DNA of 62,150 nucleotides, filler included, from Sphacelaria rigidula (GCA_964200075.2; 5 parts of 5 records of this genome joined end to end with filler, not necessarily neighbours in it); one strand, 5' to 3'; shown: positions 14,830-28,009, counted from the first letter of the whole stretch. Numbers and translations are program-made. The notes: generated by a model not told the origin, from the sequence alone.

Positions 14830-15200
14830 CTCGTTCGAACAGTTTGACAGGGCAGCCAGGACTTTCCATACGTTTTCGAACAGGTTGACAGGGGGCCAGG
14901 AGCTTGCCATGTGCGTGCGAACAGGTTGACAGGAATCCAGGATTTCCCATGTGTTTTCGAACAGGTTGACAGGAGGCCAGGAGTTTCCCATGCGCGTGTG
15001 AACAGGTTGACAGGGAGCCACGATTTCCCACGTGTTTACTTACGGTTGAGAGGGGAGCCAGGACTTCCCATGCGTTTTCGAACAGGTTGACAGGGGGCCA
15101 GGAGCTTCCCATGCGCGTGCGAACAGGTTGACAGGGAGCCAGGATTTTCCCATGTGTGTTCGAACAGGTTGACATCGAGCCAGAAATCCCTTGGGAGTCC
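14830..15200. repeat. Minisatellite, about 40-bp unit, about 9 copies
   Basis: Repeated gaacaggttgacagg(g)(g/a)gccagga(g/t)(c/t)ttcccatg(c/t)g...; two variants roughly alternate (ending gcgtgc / gttttc). Confidence 0.9.
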
Positions 15201-15529
15201 ATGAACTTATACCTGGCTGTCCCCGACACGTGATACCTTGGCCAAATGCACACGCGTGAAGCTGTTTTGTCCGGTTATATTGCTGCTCCCTTCTTTCTCC
15301 TCGCCCTTTATTGTTTTGCTCGCTATCGTTATACTGATGAAGCGCGAACGCCATTTTAGCCGAAGCGGGTAGAAACGATGCACAGCAGCTGTGGGTACAA
15401 GCTGAAGTTTGGCACCACAGCAAGAGTAGCCACCGCTCACCAGTAACGGTGTTACTGGGCACCGGGGCAGGGGGGGGTGGAGGGCGTACTACGGGGGCGG
15501 GGGGGGGGAGCTATGCATCGAAACAGTGG

Positions 15530-17120
15530 TGAAGGTTGTTGGTAACGTGGGGTAATATAGCAAATAAGTTGCAACGGCAGGAAGCAGGAGTTTTGAGGTC
15601 CACTAACCCTGGTAACAGTAAGATACCTCAGATGAAAATTCTAGGGTCAGCGGCAATTCTTATTCTTTTCCGCACAAATGATAAGTTAATAAAGTTATGG
15701 GTCGGGGTGGTCCATGGATTACCATATGATTTTATTCCGGCAGCGATTTTTATTCCGGCAGCGAGTTTCTTCAAAAACAAGAGCACGTGATCTTTCGAAG
15801 GGCGATCGAGAATACGGCCTTCGCCGGAGGCGCCGTGAGTCCGGGGCGTGTCTAACAGTCCCCCAAAACTCGGAGCTGTTGGCACCGACCACCTCACCAG
15901 CCAAGGAGATTCGGCAACTTTGAACCTCTTCCGTGCTGTCAAGCCAAGCGCGCTTGGTGACGACTCCACAGTAAGGTTGTCTGGTAGGAGCGAACTGTCA
16001 GAATCGAATGAAGTGTGGAAAAGCCTTGGAGTGGCGTGACAGGACGATGCTACGCTGCAGTGGCTGCTGCACCCCACCGAAGACGGCGGTCAACAAGATC
16101 AAGGATTTCTCCGGACTGGATGGGATCGTTTCTGTACGGTGTTTCAATTCCACGTGGTCTAACCGGGGAGAGAGATCTATAAGAGCGGGATTTGCCGAGA
16201 TTGTTCGAGATTGTTTTGCACGGTGTTTCAATTCCACGTGGTCTAACCCGGCAGAGCGGTCAATAAGATCAAGGACCCCCCCCCTCGGGCGGGATAGAAT
16301 CGTTCCTGCGCGGTGTTAGGATGTCCTACGAGGTCTAACCCAGAAGAACGGCGATCAAGATCGACGGCTACACCAAGACGCCGAGTACTCGGGAAGAGGG
16401 ACATGGTAATGCGGCGATCCATCGTGTGAACCACGTTCAGTCCTAGTGCTTTTCAATCCTAGGACTGAGGGGGGATGTTACGGATCGCGGCATGGCGTGA
16501 TGGATAAAGGGTAATACGATGATGGGCCGTCGGTTTCAAAACGACACTACGCCCGGAGGGCTGATTGCGGGAACTGGCTAATACCGCAATCAGGGATGAA
16601 GGCGTTTGTGATCCATCAAGAGACGAAATACATCAACATGCCTCTTTACATCTGGTTGGATCCGGTTCTTTCCAAGGATCGATCCAACAAGCACCCTGGT
16701 GTTTTACTTCTTCTCTGAAGTACCAAGTGAACACCACCAAGAGAAAAGAGAAATCGGATCGGCCTGAAGCTGTGATCGAGATATCGTGACGTTCGTCGTG
16801 TATCATTCTGCGTTGGACTTTCCCACGTGCTGTGAGCTTACGATTGTTTCAAGAATAACGGTGAGACTGTAACGATGTTTGATTGAGGTAATAAGCAGAT
16901 GCAAGAAGATCGACATGATAGTGAAACGAGCTTTGTGCACAAATAGAATGGTGAAATGTGTAACCATATAGTAAAAGTAAGTCATATCATGCATGAGCTA
17001 GCGAGACATCGTAACTTGCATTACCGAAATGCTATTGTCGTTTGCTCTAGTACTCGACTTGTACACTAGAGATACACAGTGCGACAACAACTATGAACAA
17101 CATCTATTCTGTTTGTAACA
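15530..17120 (+). mobile_element. 3' remnant of an LTR retrotransposon (non-coding 3' region, PPT and 645-bp LTR at 16476-17120)
   Basis: Polypurine tract gagggggga immediately before TGTTAC (16476); LTR ends GTAACA (17120), giving 6-bp inverted termini. No PBS follows, so it is a 3' LTR. Direct repeats acggtgtttcaattccacgtggtctaacc lie upstream. Left boundary approximate. Confidence 0.7.
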
Positions 17121-20100
17121 CACCACCGTCTGCCGCTGACCGTACCTGCTACGTTCGGGCGCAAGGATTTGTGATTGAGAACCGCGGATCTGACCCTCGA
17201 CTTGCTGAAGCGAGGGCGGAAGCGTGCCGAATACGAAAAAAAATAGTATGGACAGGTGGAGTACCCTGCTAGCTTCTACGGTAGCGCGGAGCCCTGGATA
17301 CCTTAAGACAAATGGCCCCGGACGATCATGCCTGGAGGCCGAATTGGTGAAATAAATTGGATCATGGGGGGCGCGACCTCGTGTCGAGGAACCTGTTCGT
17401 TCAGTCTGGCTCGACAAAGTGCGAAGCTGACAACGAGAAGACATTGGAGGGGATCCTGCGGATTTGCCACGCCAAGGGTGAGAAGGACCGGGTTGTTTTG
17501 ATCGAGGGGGATAAAGAGACGTATAGTTTCATGGTGAACGCCATGGCTTAGAACCCCACCAGATGGCGCAATATCCTCCCCCGCTCTGGTGGGTGGCATG
17601 TCATGCTTCATCTGACGTAGGCTTCGCTGGAGTTTTACTGGGAGGCAGGGGGTCGAGAGCATTGCTGAATTTCTCGGTGGCGACGACAAGCACGCGGAGG
17701 CGGGGAAGGAGCACCGGAGGAGTCATCACTTCCTCACCGTCACGTTCAAAGCCATTGGTGTGTGATCATCGAGATATACCAGGTGGAGAAGGGTGTTGAT
17801 GCAAGCCGTCAGAGCGCAGATGTGGTGTCGTGGCTCCGGGAACGGGCCTCCAACCATGTGACCCTGAGGTTTTGGCTGCCGTTCCTCCTCGATCACTACC
17901 CGGCGTATCTGGGGTTCCGGATCGGCACACGGGTTTCGGATTACGCCGTAAGGACTGCGGCACTGAGAGCGGCACTGAGGGCGGCACTGAGGGCGGCACT
18001 GAGAGAGGCCGCGCCCATCTTCACCCTTACCCAGGAAGTGCGATACCAGCGTCTGTGCGCGAATCACATTTTCCATGTGACAAGGATGACGAACGGGGAC
18101 TTGCGAGCGGCGGGAATACTATTCCCTCTCAGTTTCGCTGGGCGAGAACATCACAACGTCGACCTCGACGAGTATCAGGAGATAACGCATAGCGTGGTGG
18201 AATAAGCGATCGGCAGGATCACACCCAGTTTCATGAGGAAGCTGGCTCCCATTTGCGAGAGTCGGCAAGCAGCCATGGACGCAGTGGACAACCAGCTGTA
18301 TCGAACTTCGAACGATCGCACTAGCACAGCGGAGCTCATCAGGGACAGGGCGGAGGCGGTGGAGAAGGTCGTGCCATTCGTGCAGAAGTGCACCGCCTTC
18401 TCCCAGGAGGGAGCAGACACGTTGAAGTCCTTCACTCTAATCGTGGCGAACGCAGAGGACCACAAACAATTGTTGGCGGCGAAGAAGATCTCGTCGGAAA
18501 GGTGGGAGGAGGTCCTCACAGTGGCGGCGAAGGGGGGTTCGTACGGAGAACGCCTGAAAAAGACCACTTTCCCCGTATTCAAGGCACAAATACACGACCA
18601 CAAAAGCATCGAAAAAGACAGAAAGGAAACATGCACTGCAGAAGGACTACGAAGACTTGACCCTCCAGGGGAATGAATATCACGCCATCCTGGCCGATAT
18701 ATTGAGCAGTGCGTGCGTGCGAACGGCGGAGGAACTGGCGATACTCAAGCACAGCCTCGGTGCGGTGTTACCTCTGGCGATGGCACACGCCGGAGACGGG
18801 GGCGGCCGCAAAGCAAAAAATAAAAGGGTACGACAACCCGTGCTCGGCGAGTGCGCGGACGCCGTCCAACCTTCGCCGCATGACTCAGGTCACGCCTGTG
18901 CTGTCGACTTGGCGGCGGAACTCCACCGAACACCCCCTTCCAGCGTTCTCAACGCCGGTGCGGTGGCGCTGCTGCCGGACTTCAGGGATGAATTCCTCAC
19001 TGAATATTCGGCGTTTGGGGCCACTTTCGTCAGTTTGTGCTATGACTACTTGCCGCTCGTACCGCCGATTGAAGCTGCAAAACAAGCCGGCCGAAAAGCC
19101 GCCCTCTCCGGCTCACATGGTATGTTCGACCCCGCCTCTTCCGACGCTATCCCGACCGGCGGCGATTTTTAGGCATATTTCCGCGCGCACAATAACAGAG
19201 ACGACATTGCCGCGGCTGTCTGTGAGTACTTCGTCGGGCACAGGGACGGCAAAGGCCGGAGGGGGGACGCGACATTCATCTTCACCGGTATAGCATGGTC
19301 CTCTCCACTGCACCCTCTCCTGCCAATGCGAGAAGGAACTCCGCCGTCAGCTGTACCCGCGGACCCCCAACAACCATCGCCAACATGTAGTTATCCTGTC
19401 ATCATTGCAGCGCCCGGCTCGAAAAACATCCCGCCGGACTACAGGAATATGAGGGCTAAGGCTGCCGGGGGTGTGACCCCCTTCCGCGCCCCCATTTGCG
19501 GGGGCATCGTGGGAACCACTCTGATACATGGGCCGGCCGGTGCCGGCGCCGCCCGGGCCCCCACGCCCCAAGTGCTACGCACGCATAGCGTAAACGTGCC
19601 TGTAGGCCTTACGGCAAGCGGTCTCGGCCGGCAGTATTCAGAAGGCGAGGCCGCCGGCGTGCGGCCCGGCGCGGCCTCCTGCGTCGCACCTGGGACAGCG
19701 GTTTCCGGCTGTACAGAGACGGGAACGGCCGGACAGGGTGGGAGGAGTGCCGCCGATATGGCACTTCCGCGACATGCGGCGGGCGGCAGCAGTGTCTTTG
19801 GTGGTGGCAGCGGCGCAGGCTTCATAGGAATGGGGCAGGGGGGAGCTGCCACCAGTCACCCCGGCGATGCACCTGATACGCTGATCTGGGGGCATGACGA
19901 TCCGAGGCGTATGCCTGGTGCCCACATCGGTGAGGGGGGGCTGACCACGACTCACATGGGGGTCTGACCACGACTCACATGATTGTGCACAACGAGAAGT
20001 TTGCGATCGTTGGTGCCCTGCGTAGCCGGATGGTTACGTCCGTAGACACAGATCGAGTGATGCATGTATCGTTGGCTACGTCGATCGGTGGTATACCGTA

Positions 20101-21145
20101 GAGGGGAATCGACAAGGTGGATATTCAGGTTCGGAAAAAGAGAGGACGGGGGCGGAGGAGTTCATCCTCGTAAAGAGAGTGTACGAGGCTGTATGCAAGA
20201 GCGAGAAATGGGCAGCGGGTGTTGCCGCAGCGGAGGACGTGGCGCCAGCGTGGCTGTCGGACGCGGCGACAAGGTTGTTGGTCGTGGTGTTGTACTTCCT
20301 GGCCGGGTGCGATTTCCTGCCGGCGATGTACAATATGGGCTTCAAGATCATGCTGCATCACGTGCGAATGACTATCGCCATGCCTCTCTTGTTCACCGAA
20401 CCCATCTTGCCCCTCTGCGATGGCAGATGGCGGGTGCACACAGCGGCCGCCGTGAAGAAGCTGTGCGTATGTTACTTAGAGGAGCATGTGAATCTTTTCC
20501 ACCCGACCTTTTCGGGCGGTGCCGCTGATCTATCCGAGTCCGCCGAGGTCGATAGGGATGCCCGAAAAAATGCACACATCGTACAGGATTCGGTCTGAAC
20601 CGCCAAAGGAGCGATGGGTAAAAAACTGCACGAGGTGGGGTGCGCTGGAACTGCGCGTTCGCACGGCCGACGCCGTCTTGGAATATAGGCAAGGAGTCAT
20701 GCAGTTACCAACCCTTCCGACTTCATTCGAAGGCCGCGGCTGGTGTACAAGTGGCGGGGACGACAGAGCGCCTCTGACCAAGGAGAATGCGGTGGTCAGG
20801 CTGTCGCCGCATGCTCTCCTCATGCAGGAGGGGCGAGTCAAGTTCCTGAAGCGTCAGGGTAACCCAGACGCAGCTGCGAGGCCCAAATTCAAGAACTGCA
20901 GTTGTGGCAAGAGGGGCAAGCAATGTTTAGATGGATATTATGGGTGCAATGGTGCATGCAGACCTTCCGATATGGACACGGATGACGCAGCGGCTGCGAC
21001 CATCTCAACGGCGCATGCAGCAGGTGCTACATCGGGGGTGGTGGGGCCCGCAGACGGTAAGTGGAGCACCGCCCTCTCACGCAAATTCGGCCCACTTCCG
21101 TGGGGTAGATGTGACTGTCGATTTTACTGTTCGGGTAGGCAATGA
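17121..21145 (+). pseudogene. Degenerate Academ(X)-like transposon ORF: DDE transposase, PIN/XPG nuclease and Cys-rich C-terminus
   Basis: Across stops and frameshifts: IEGDKETY...P..W.NI.P..GGWH (17.5k); NVDLDEYQE (18.16k); AVDLAAELH and VSLCYDY (18.9-19.05k); HIGEG, SVDTD and LAGCDFLP (19.9-20.3k); ALELRVRTA...LP...GRGW then CSC...C....C...C...CDC...C (20.6-21.1k). This order matches my recollection of AcademX proteins. Confidence 0.7.
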
Positions 21146-22409
21146 CGTGTCCAGTCGAACCGTAAAGGCGCGAATGTATCCATTGAGGATCTGCTTTGTG
21201 GGCAACTGTCGATGACGAAGAGGTAGACCTCAAGTGTATAGCATCGGTTCGAGATTTCAGAATGGAATGTGAGCCCCTGCCAACAGAGTCGTCGCATATG
21301 TTACAAATGGGAGACAATTTCCAGTGCTTACGGCCCTTCACATACGTATATTGCCATCACATCTCTTTGCTTCCTGTGGCGTAGGCCTGTGGCCCATCTC
21401 ACCGATCGCGAAGGCTTCGGCGTGTGCAGAAGCGCCTACAGCAGTGGGCGGTATAACTATTGATTTTGTGGTGTTATGCGATCTTTTTCGTAAAATACGA
21501 TTTTCGTGGGCTCTTTTCGCTTGCCGCCGCTCATCACATTGGGGATCTGAAGGTATTTGTATCCGCTCCACATTCCAAGAAAAAAAATCAGCTGTACTCA
21601 ATATTGTGTGACTTAAAGGCTGACCAGATTCTTACTGTTCGGTATTTTTTCTCGATCGAGCCTATCCCGATCATACTTGCGAAAAAATATACACTTGCAT
21701 TTCTTGGAGCTTTTGCCTACTCATTGCACTACAGCCGATAGCCTGTGTTTCACGGTCAATAACACCCTCCTGATAAACTGGGTATTCACTCGTATCGCTC
21801 GATAACACCAACTCACACTGACTTGGGCACTGTGTTTCAAGGATGATCTGGTTAGTGTACCAAAAGATACCGACACTGGCAATTTCGAGTTCTATCGAAG
21901 AGTAACCCGCGAGACCAACCTTGGAACGCCCCAGAATAGTTGGACCGCCCAGTTCTCTATGCAATATTTGAACGTGGAGTAGACGAGTGTGGGCATGACG
22001 ACAAAGCTTGGCGAAAGCACTCGGGTTGAGGACTGGGGTTTGTTCGCCGTCACTGGTTACAAATGTGAAGTGGGTCGACTATCGCGCCGAAATGTCGGAG
22101 AAAATGACTGAGCAACAAATATGGATAGAGTGTCGTCGGCAGGGGTCCGTCCAACAGGGGAAGTGTGCACGACAACGGAGGGGGGGCGTCTGACGGTGGT
22201 CCAATGCGTGCGCTTTGCAGGTGGCAGCAGCGAATCGGGAGGTTTCAATCGACGTGCGACTGACTGGCGGTCGGACGAAAAGGACTCGGACTCCGGTGCA
22301 GGGTATGTTCCGCAACTAGGGTCGGTTGGCGTGCAGGTTACATCGGGAAGGTGCGGGTGTGCAACACTAACGGTAGTTACCGATTTACCCCGCCTGTTCG
22401 ATTGGGGCG

Positions 22410-22709
22410 AACAACTTTTTCGTGTTATTGAGAGTAGAGCGCGGATTGAGAGTGGTTTTGATCATTCGCTTCAACCTAGGCAATATTTCATTCGTGTATG
22501 CTCTTCTTTTAACTATATCACTGTTGTGTGCTTACAGCTACACGTCGATATCCTACTCAGGGATATCAAGCGCCTCAGTGGCAAGCTACTACAGAAAGAA
22601 TATCGTACGTCGTGTGGGGGCGTTTCGGAACTGAAACGATTCATTCACCGATTGACCGCTTTTCACTCTCAATAGTATCCTCTACTCTCAATCTCACGAA
22701 AACATTGTT
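22410..22709. mobile_element. MITE, AACA-terminated family 2 (TIR aacaNNNtttcgtgagattgagagtaga)
   Basis: Inverted termini; internal sequence shared with 38017-38271; matching ends at 24910-24962 and 37359-37430; no clear TSD. Confidence 0.8.
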
Positions 22710-22719
22710 GACCGCGATG

Positions 22720-22973
22720 GACACTTTCTACGATAGCCCCCCCCCAAAAACCAGCGAAAAGTGTGACGAAAAAAATGGACATACAACGCCTGATGTTCGG
22801 GTTCAGGCTGCATGAAACGCCTCATATTGGCGACATTGACTAGAACGAACCCAAACGTGGGAATTCCCTTCCCAGCTTCTCGTTGTGCTCGGCGTTTCCC
22901 ATTTCGATTTACGTGAAGATTTTGCTTCCCAAAACCATGCACTTTTGGGGGAGGGGCTATCGTAGAAAGTGTC
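22720..22973. mobile_element. MITE, 254 bp, TIR GACACTTTCTACGATAGCCCC
   Basis: Perfect 21-bp TIR; 4-bp TSD GATG on both sides. Confidence 0.9.
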
Positions 22974-23137
22974 GATGATGACAAAATCGCGTGACACGCG
23001 CGGTTCCGGCGACGTTGTAAACGATATTGGGCAAGCTGTGGTGGTTCTTGGGCTTGTCTTGCTTATGAAGGTGTGTCGGCGCTGTCGCTCGTCAGCGTCC
23101 ATATCGCCCGATATCCATTGAGGCTTCACGTACGCTT

Positions 23138-23383
23138 GACTGCTGCCGAGATAGCCCCCCCGAACCGGCCAAAAAAGTGCACGGAGACGATGATCGTAGA
23201 TGCCGTTAGAGCTGGTGTCGTGCTGCACGACGCGACTCATGTGGGCGTTATGGCTGATTTCGGACTGCCACACGCCGATCATGTGGGCGAAAGTGCTGCA
23301 AACGACCCCAATAGTTGGATCGCAGCCGGTTTCTCGGACGGACTCCGGTGCACTTTTCGTGGGGGGCTATCTCGGCATGAGTC
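23138..23383. mobile_element. MITE, 246 bp, TIR GACT(GC/CA)TGCCGAGATAGCCCCCC
   Basis: TIRs; 4-bp TSD GCTT; homologous inverted copy at 33463-33712. Confidence 0.9.
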
Positions 23384-24809
23384 GCTTCCCCTTTGCCTAA
23401 CAGCTGAGTCCGGCGCTCCAATTATGTCCTTGAGAGAGGCAGGTGGAACCCCCTCTACAGAGTTTCATTGGCGCTCGACAAAGCGGTCTATGGCCACTGA
23501 CGTGGGCTTCATCGCCATGCGATCCCTGCTCCCCATTTTCTCACCATGTTGTCGGTGTAACCAGATAGTAGCGCGGCAGAAAGTGAGGAGGAGTCGGATG
23601 CTGAGAGCTTGCCGGAGCCCGGGGACTTCTGAGCGGACGGCAGCACCCACTTGCAACGGCGTGGTGAGCACTCAGTGGTTTCTGTTTTTTGCAACACGTA
23701 CACGGAGCTACAATGGAATCAACGTACATGCTGGGAGCGAGACAGCACAGAACATCCCCCGATGAACGACACGCCGTGTCCGAATCACCCGGAATAGAGT
23801 AGTCGAGTATTGCGTCCTGTGCCCCACCTGCTTCTTGGAATACCTGTCGCCCATAGGCTCCCGGATGCTGACGAAGCATGCACTTTTTCGATGCAATAAT
23901 AAACATCATCGTGGAATGATAAGCACTAGTACCGTTTTTGTTCGCGTTATTACAATCAGTAGTATTTCCGCGCATGAGGCGCGTGTCTCCAAACAGTGGT
24001 CACAGGCGTATGGTGGCATGTCGATATCATGCACCGGCATCCGCGGCAAGAGGTGGAACTGGAGTCGTTCATTCAGAGACTCCGATACATCTAAAAATAA
24101 AACACACGAGCAAAAACTGAAACGAAGATGAGAACCGTCAACATACGGAGGAAGCCGCACCCCCCTACGTTCATCTCTGTAACGTAACACAGGTAGTAAC
24201 ATCTAAATTATTTTCCGGTAAAGTGTAGCAAAGAATAAGGAAAGAAAATCATCATGGGCATAACTGTCGGACAAGGGTATGGGAGGCGTAGAAAACTCAC
24301 GGGAAGTGTCTGGCAGGATATGTAGACTGCACAGCAAACCGTACCCGCAACCTGGTACGTTATCAAGGGCGTACCCGGTCCCCTGGTAACGGTACGGGAG
24401 GCTTACAAAACCCTTACAATTATCGGATGAGGATATTAAAGTGTTATAGAGTTTTCAGACCTATCTGGTACAAGTATGAATTTGTCGGGTACGGTGAATG
24501 ACTCGTTGATTGATTTGATCGTCGCACTTGAAGTAACCCCTCAGGGATTCGGCGGTGGTCGCATGATGGACGTGCCCAAGACACAGCAAAAGTCAAAACC
24601 GACCCTGAAAATCGTTAGAAACAGCAAAAAAGTAGAACATAACGAGGGATGCTACGGTAGGGGTACACAAATATCTTCTGAGGGTAAATTTGTTAGGAGC
24701 CCTTCATCTCATCCAAAACACGACTAATGAAAATATGCGAGACACGCCAGGATGACTATTCCAATGTGCTGGGGATATCCCGAATTAATCTGCAAACGGG
24801 GATGCCCTG

Positions 24810-24909
24810 NNNNNNNNNNNNNNNNNNNNNNNNNNNNNNNNNNNNNNNNNNNNTTAATTAATTAANNNNNNNNNNNNNNNNNNNNNNNNNNNNNNNNNNN
24901 NNNNNNNNN
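24810..24909. other. Assembly gap with linker
   Basis: N-run with central ttaattaattaa. Confidence 0.99.
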
Positions 24910-27900
24910 TCAAAGCCACTCTCATTCGTATCATCTACTCTCAATCTCACGAAAACACTGTTATATGTGGGCGCGCCAGCCGGGTTCAGACAGGAGGAGG
25001 ATCAGAACAAGATGTTTTTTGCTCCTTTTGTTTGTTTTTAGTAATACACCTTCTGCGATGCTTGCTTATATTTTTTGATCGCAAGGGAATTTAAGCGCAG
25101 TCCCTTACCCTCGTCGACCTTGAGGACGGATTTTGTGCACCCACGACATGATACTGTGAATTGTTTTTCACAAAATTCATTTTTTTTTTTGCGTTGCAAG
25201 GAAAGACGCATGGGTTCGTAGGGGAGGAATTTCATCTTTGATATGACGCATGTACGATGTTTTCGAATATTTTTCGATTTTTTGCATGAAATACAACGGA
25301 CGACTTATTTCTGCGATTATTTTTTACCACACGCGTGCCCTGCCCCCGGTGCTGCGAGCCACTCCCTATTGCGAGGCAACTGCTTTCGAACCCAGACGGA
25401 TGTGCACAAAAACGACGAAGCCCGGACCGCGACACCGCAAGAACCGAACCGAAAACAGCGACCGCGGGCTGGGCGACGACAACGCAACCGCTTGGGGGAC
25501 TAAGCAGAAGCCAGGGCGCAGGATCCAAACACGCTTTGGGATTTAGGTTTTCATCATCTATCTGATTTCTTTGGGAGTTTGGATTTGATTCGGAATATTT
25601 TCATTTCGTTGTTTGCAGCAACGTGACATGCCAACCATGTGAAACGTCCCGTGGTTGCATTTTTTGTTTGATTGCTCTAGCTTTTGTTCCCACGAAGTAC
25701 TACCGTAGTTTGGTTGTGATTTTTGAACTTGATCCTTCACATGATTGCAGTGATTTTGAAGTTATCGAGAAAGAAAATAGTGGGGGGGGATTTGTCTATT
25801 TGATACCATGATTCTATTTTCGGGTAATATTGAAAGAAGAAAAATCATGCTGTGATGGGGTGATCCACGGCGGATTATTGTGGACAATTTGATTCGTCGG
25901 TTATGAATTTCGAGAGGGAATTTGATCTTTTTGCGATCCGTGCCAGATTTTTGACAAATTGATTCGCCGGCTCTGGATTTTGGGTTGGGCATTTTCAATT
26001 GCGGGAAGCACATAGCGTGGATTTAACCTTGACAATACTACCGCTAGTGTAACGGTCTTTAGTCTTGGGTGTCACTAAACATTCGACAATCTACCCGCCG
26101 CCCAACATGCGGGACTGACTTTGCACCAGGATACTCGCGAGAATTGACTCTGGGGTCATTGATGTTATGTTTTCAGGTAGCACCTGGAAGTAATACTCCC
26201 TGAAAAGCAAAATGTAATATTGAATCGGGGGGGAGGGTGTTTTTAATACGGAGCAATTTATGTCATGTTCTCTCAGGGTGTGGCGTTAATTCAAGGAATA
26301 ATATCCGTCCTGATATATCTGGGATTATAGTACAGTTTATGCAGAGTAACTCCTAATTTGATTTCTTTGCATACACTTGGACTTTGGTGGACAGGGATTG
26401 ATTGTTTTGTGAAATGGAAAACGTTCTAAGAGTTCGACGATGAGTTTGACGATTTTGGGTATTTATCGGGCCGGATGACGAGAGAAATTTGCATCAAAGA
26501 TCAGTAATTCGAAATCAAGTGGACTGATCAACCGCTAATTTTGGTTACAATATTTTTAGTGCCTACAGAGTTAGGTTTTATGTTCTGAGTTCATCCCTGA
26601 TAGGATATACGCAGTACCAGTTGTTGTGAAATGAACGAGTGTACTGGTACATAATGTTTCTCTGGGTATTCTAGGGTCTATGAAGTGAACGAGATCCGAA
26701 AGAGATGTTTTTCGTATAATGACATGAAGGGATCCAAGCTTGCCGGTGTTCACTGATGTGGGTTATATCAACTATTCTAGGCAGTTGATGGATGGTCGGC
26801 ATCAGGGAGGCTAATGATGTTTTGAAATTGTTTGTGTCTTGCTTTTCTAGGATACAGAGTGGTACCAACAGAAGCAGGTCTTGTGTTCTCATGTTGGGAC
26901 AGATAGGAAATCTATATATTTCTGTATTCGAGCATACCTCTAGTTTTAGTGTTTTGATTTGAATTGATTCGATTTGAATTTGAATTCTGTTCTGGAACTC
27001 GAGAAGTGGTGCACACACCACTACTGCAAGTTTTCATTTTGCAGTGTTTATTTACATACTATTTCGAGGAGTTATTTTTTGTTCAGTGGAATGGGGTCAC
27101 GTTCACTGCACGTGTTGACTGTAGACACTTGCCTGATGTAGACCGTGTTGTAGACGGGGTGTTGAATCGAATTTCACATAGACAAAATCATCTTGCTACC
27201 ATGAGAGTAGTACGTTTTTGACAGATTCGAGTATTGGAAGGTTGAGTGTGTTTCTTGAATGCCATCATGGTAACTGAGGAATATGAAAAGACGTCCACTG
27301 TGCATTAATGTGTGATTTTTGGTTGTTCCAAGGAAGATTTGGGAACTGGTAATGATTGAGATTGATACACATATATTTATTTGTTTTGTGCTGACTGACG
27401 CAAACAACTGTTGAAATGGATCCTGGATAGGTTACGAAGAACTGATAATATTCAGGATTCGAGCTTTTGATTGCTAAAGTAGACGAGTTTGCGACGTCCC
27501 TGCGTGGCTGAAAAGGTTTTTTCCTGACGGGATCGGGTTTTCTTTTTCAGTTTTTGATAATATAGAGTTGAATTTATGTTCGAAAGAACATAAAATATTT
27601 TGCCCGTTTTCAGATTGAGGCACCATGTATTCAGGATAAACTATCAGTCCTAGAGCCGAAAGCAAGGAGGCTAATCGAGTATACTTACGCTCAAGGATTG
27701 TAACAGTTCACATGCCTGGATGCAAGGGATATTGATATTGAGATTGGATCATGACGTACAGGGGAAATACGAATGAGAGATACAGTTCTCTTATTTAAGG
27801 TATATACCCGATATCATGGTTGCAGTAGGTATCTGACGGGGACATGCCTTCTTGCGTGGCGAAGGGATGGGATTATGACGTGTCATGTTTGTATGAGCGT

Positions 27901-28009
27901 TTTCCTCAGGAATGACTACCCCACTTCATTCAGTAAGTGTGCGGTGTGTGTTCGGTGCGTGTGTTTTCCTGCGTATGTGTGTGTGAGTGGACAAATATGG
28001 GTGAATTAA

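Larger units (their letters stand above)
9600..15354 (-). pseudogene. Decayed multi-exon gene of unknown identity with short introns (probably TE-borne)
   Basis: Exons 13648-13525, 13429-13385 and 13299-13237 splice in frame through 95- and 85-nt GT-AG introns. Further exon-like blocks near 14.6k, 14.3k, 12.7k, 12.2k, 11.2k, 10.5k and 10.1k, several with in-frame stops. No recognised domain; boundaries approximate. Confidence 0.4.

Noticed and set aside
14830-15200. CRISPR-like array
   Set aside because: Whole units repeat with no unique spacers; eukaryotic context, no cas genes
17955-18003. (AALR)4 peptide repeat
   Set aside because: 12-bp slippage expansion inside a dead transposase ORF
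23073-23765. 230-aa ORF with an apparent paralog at 33370-33720
   Set aside because: Similarity is confined to the 250-bp MITE copies bounded by TSDs
24963-25148. Possible 3' LTR of the gypsy element
   Set aside because: Shares only tgtcgt with 32575-32746 and has no adjacent PPT
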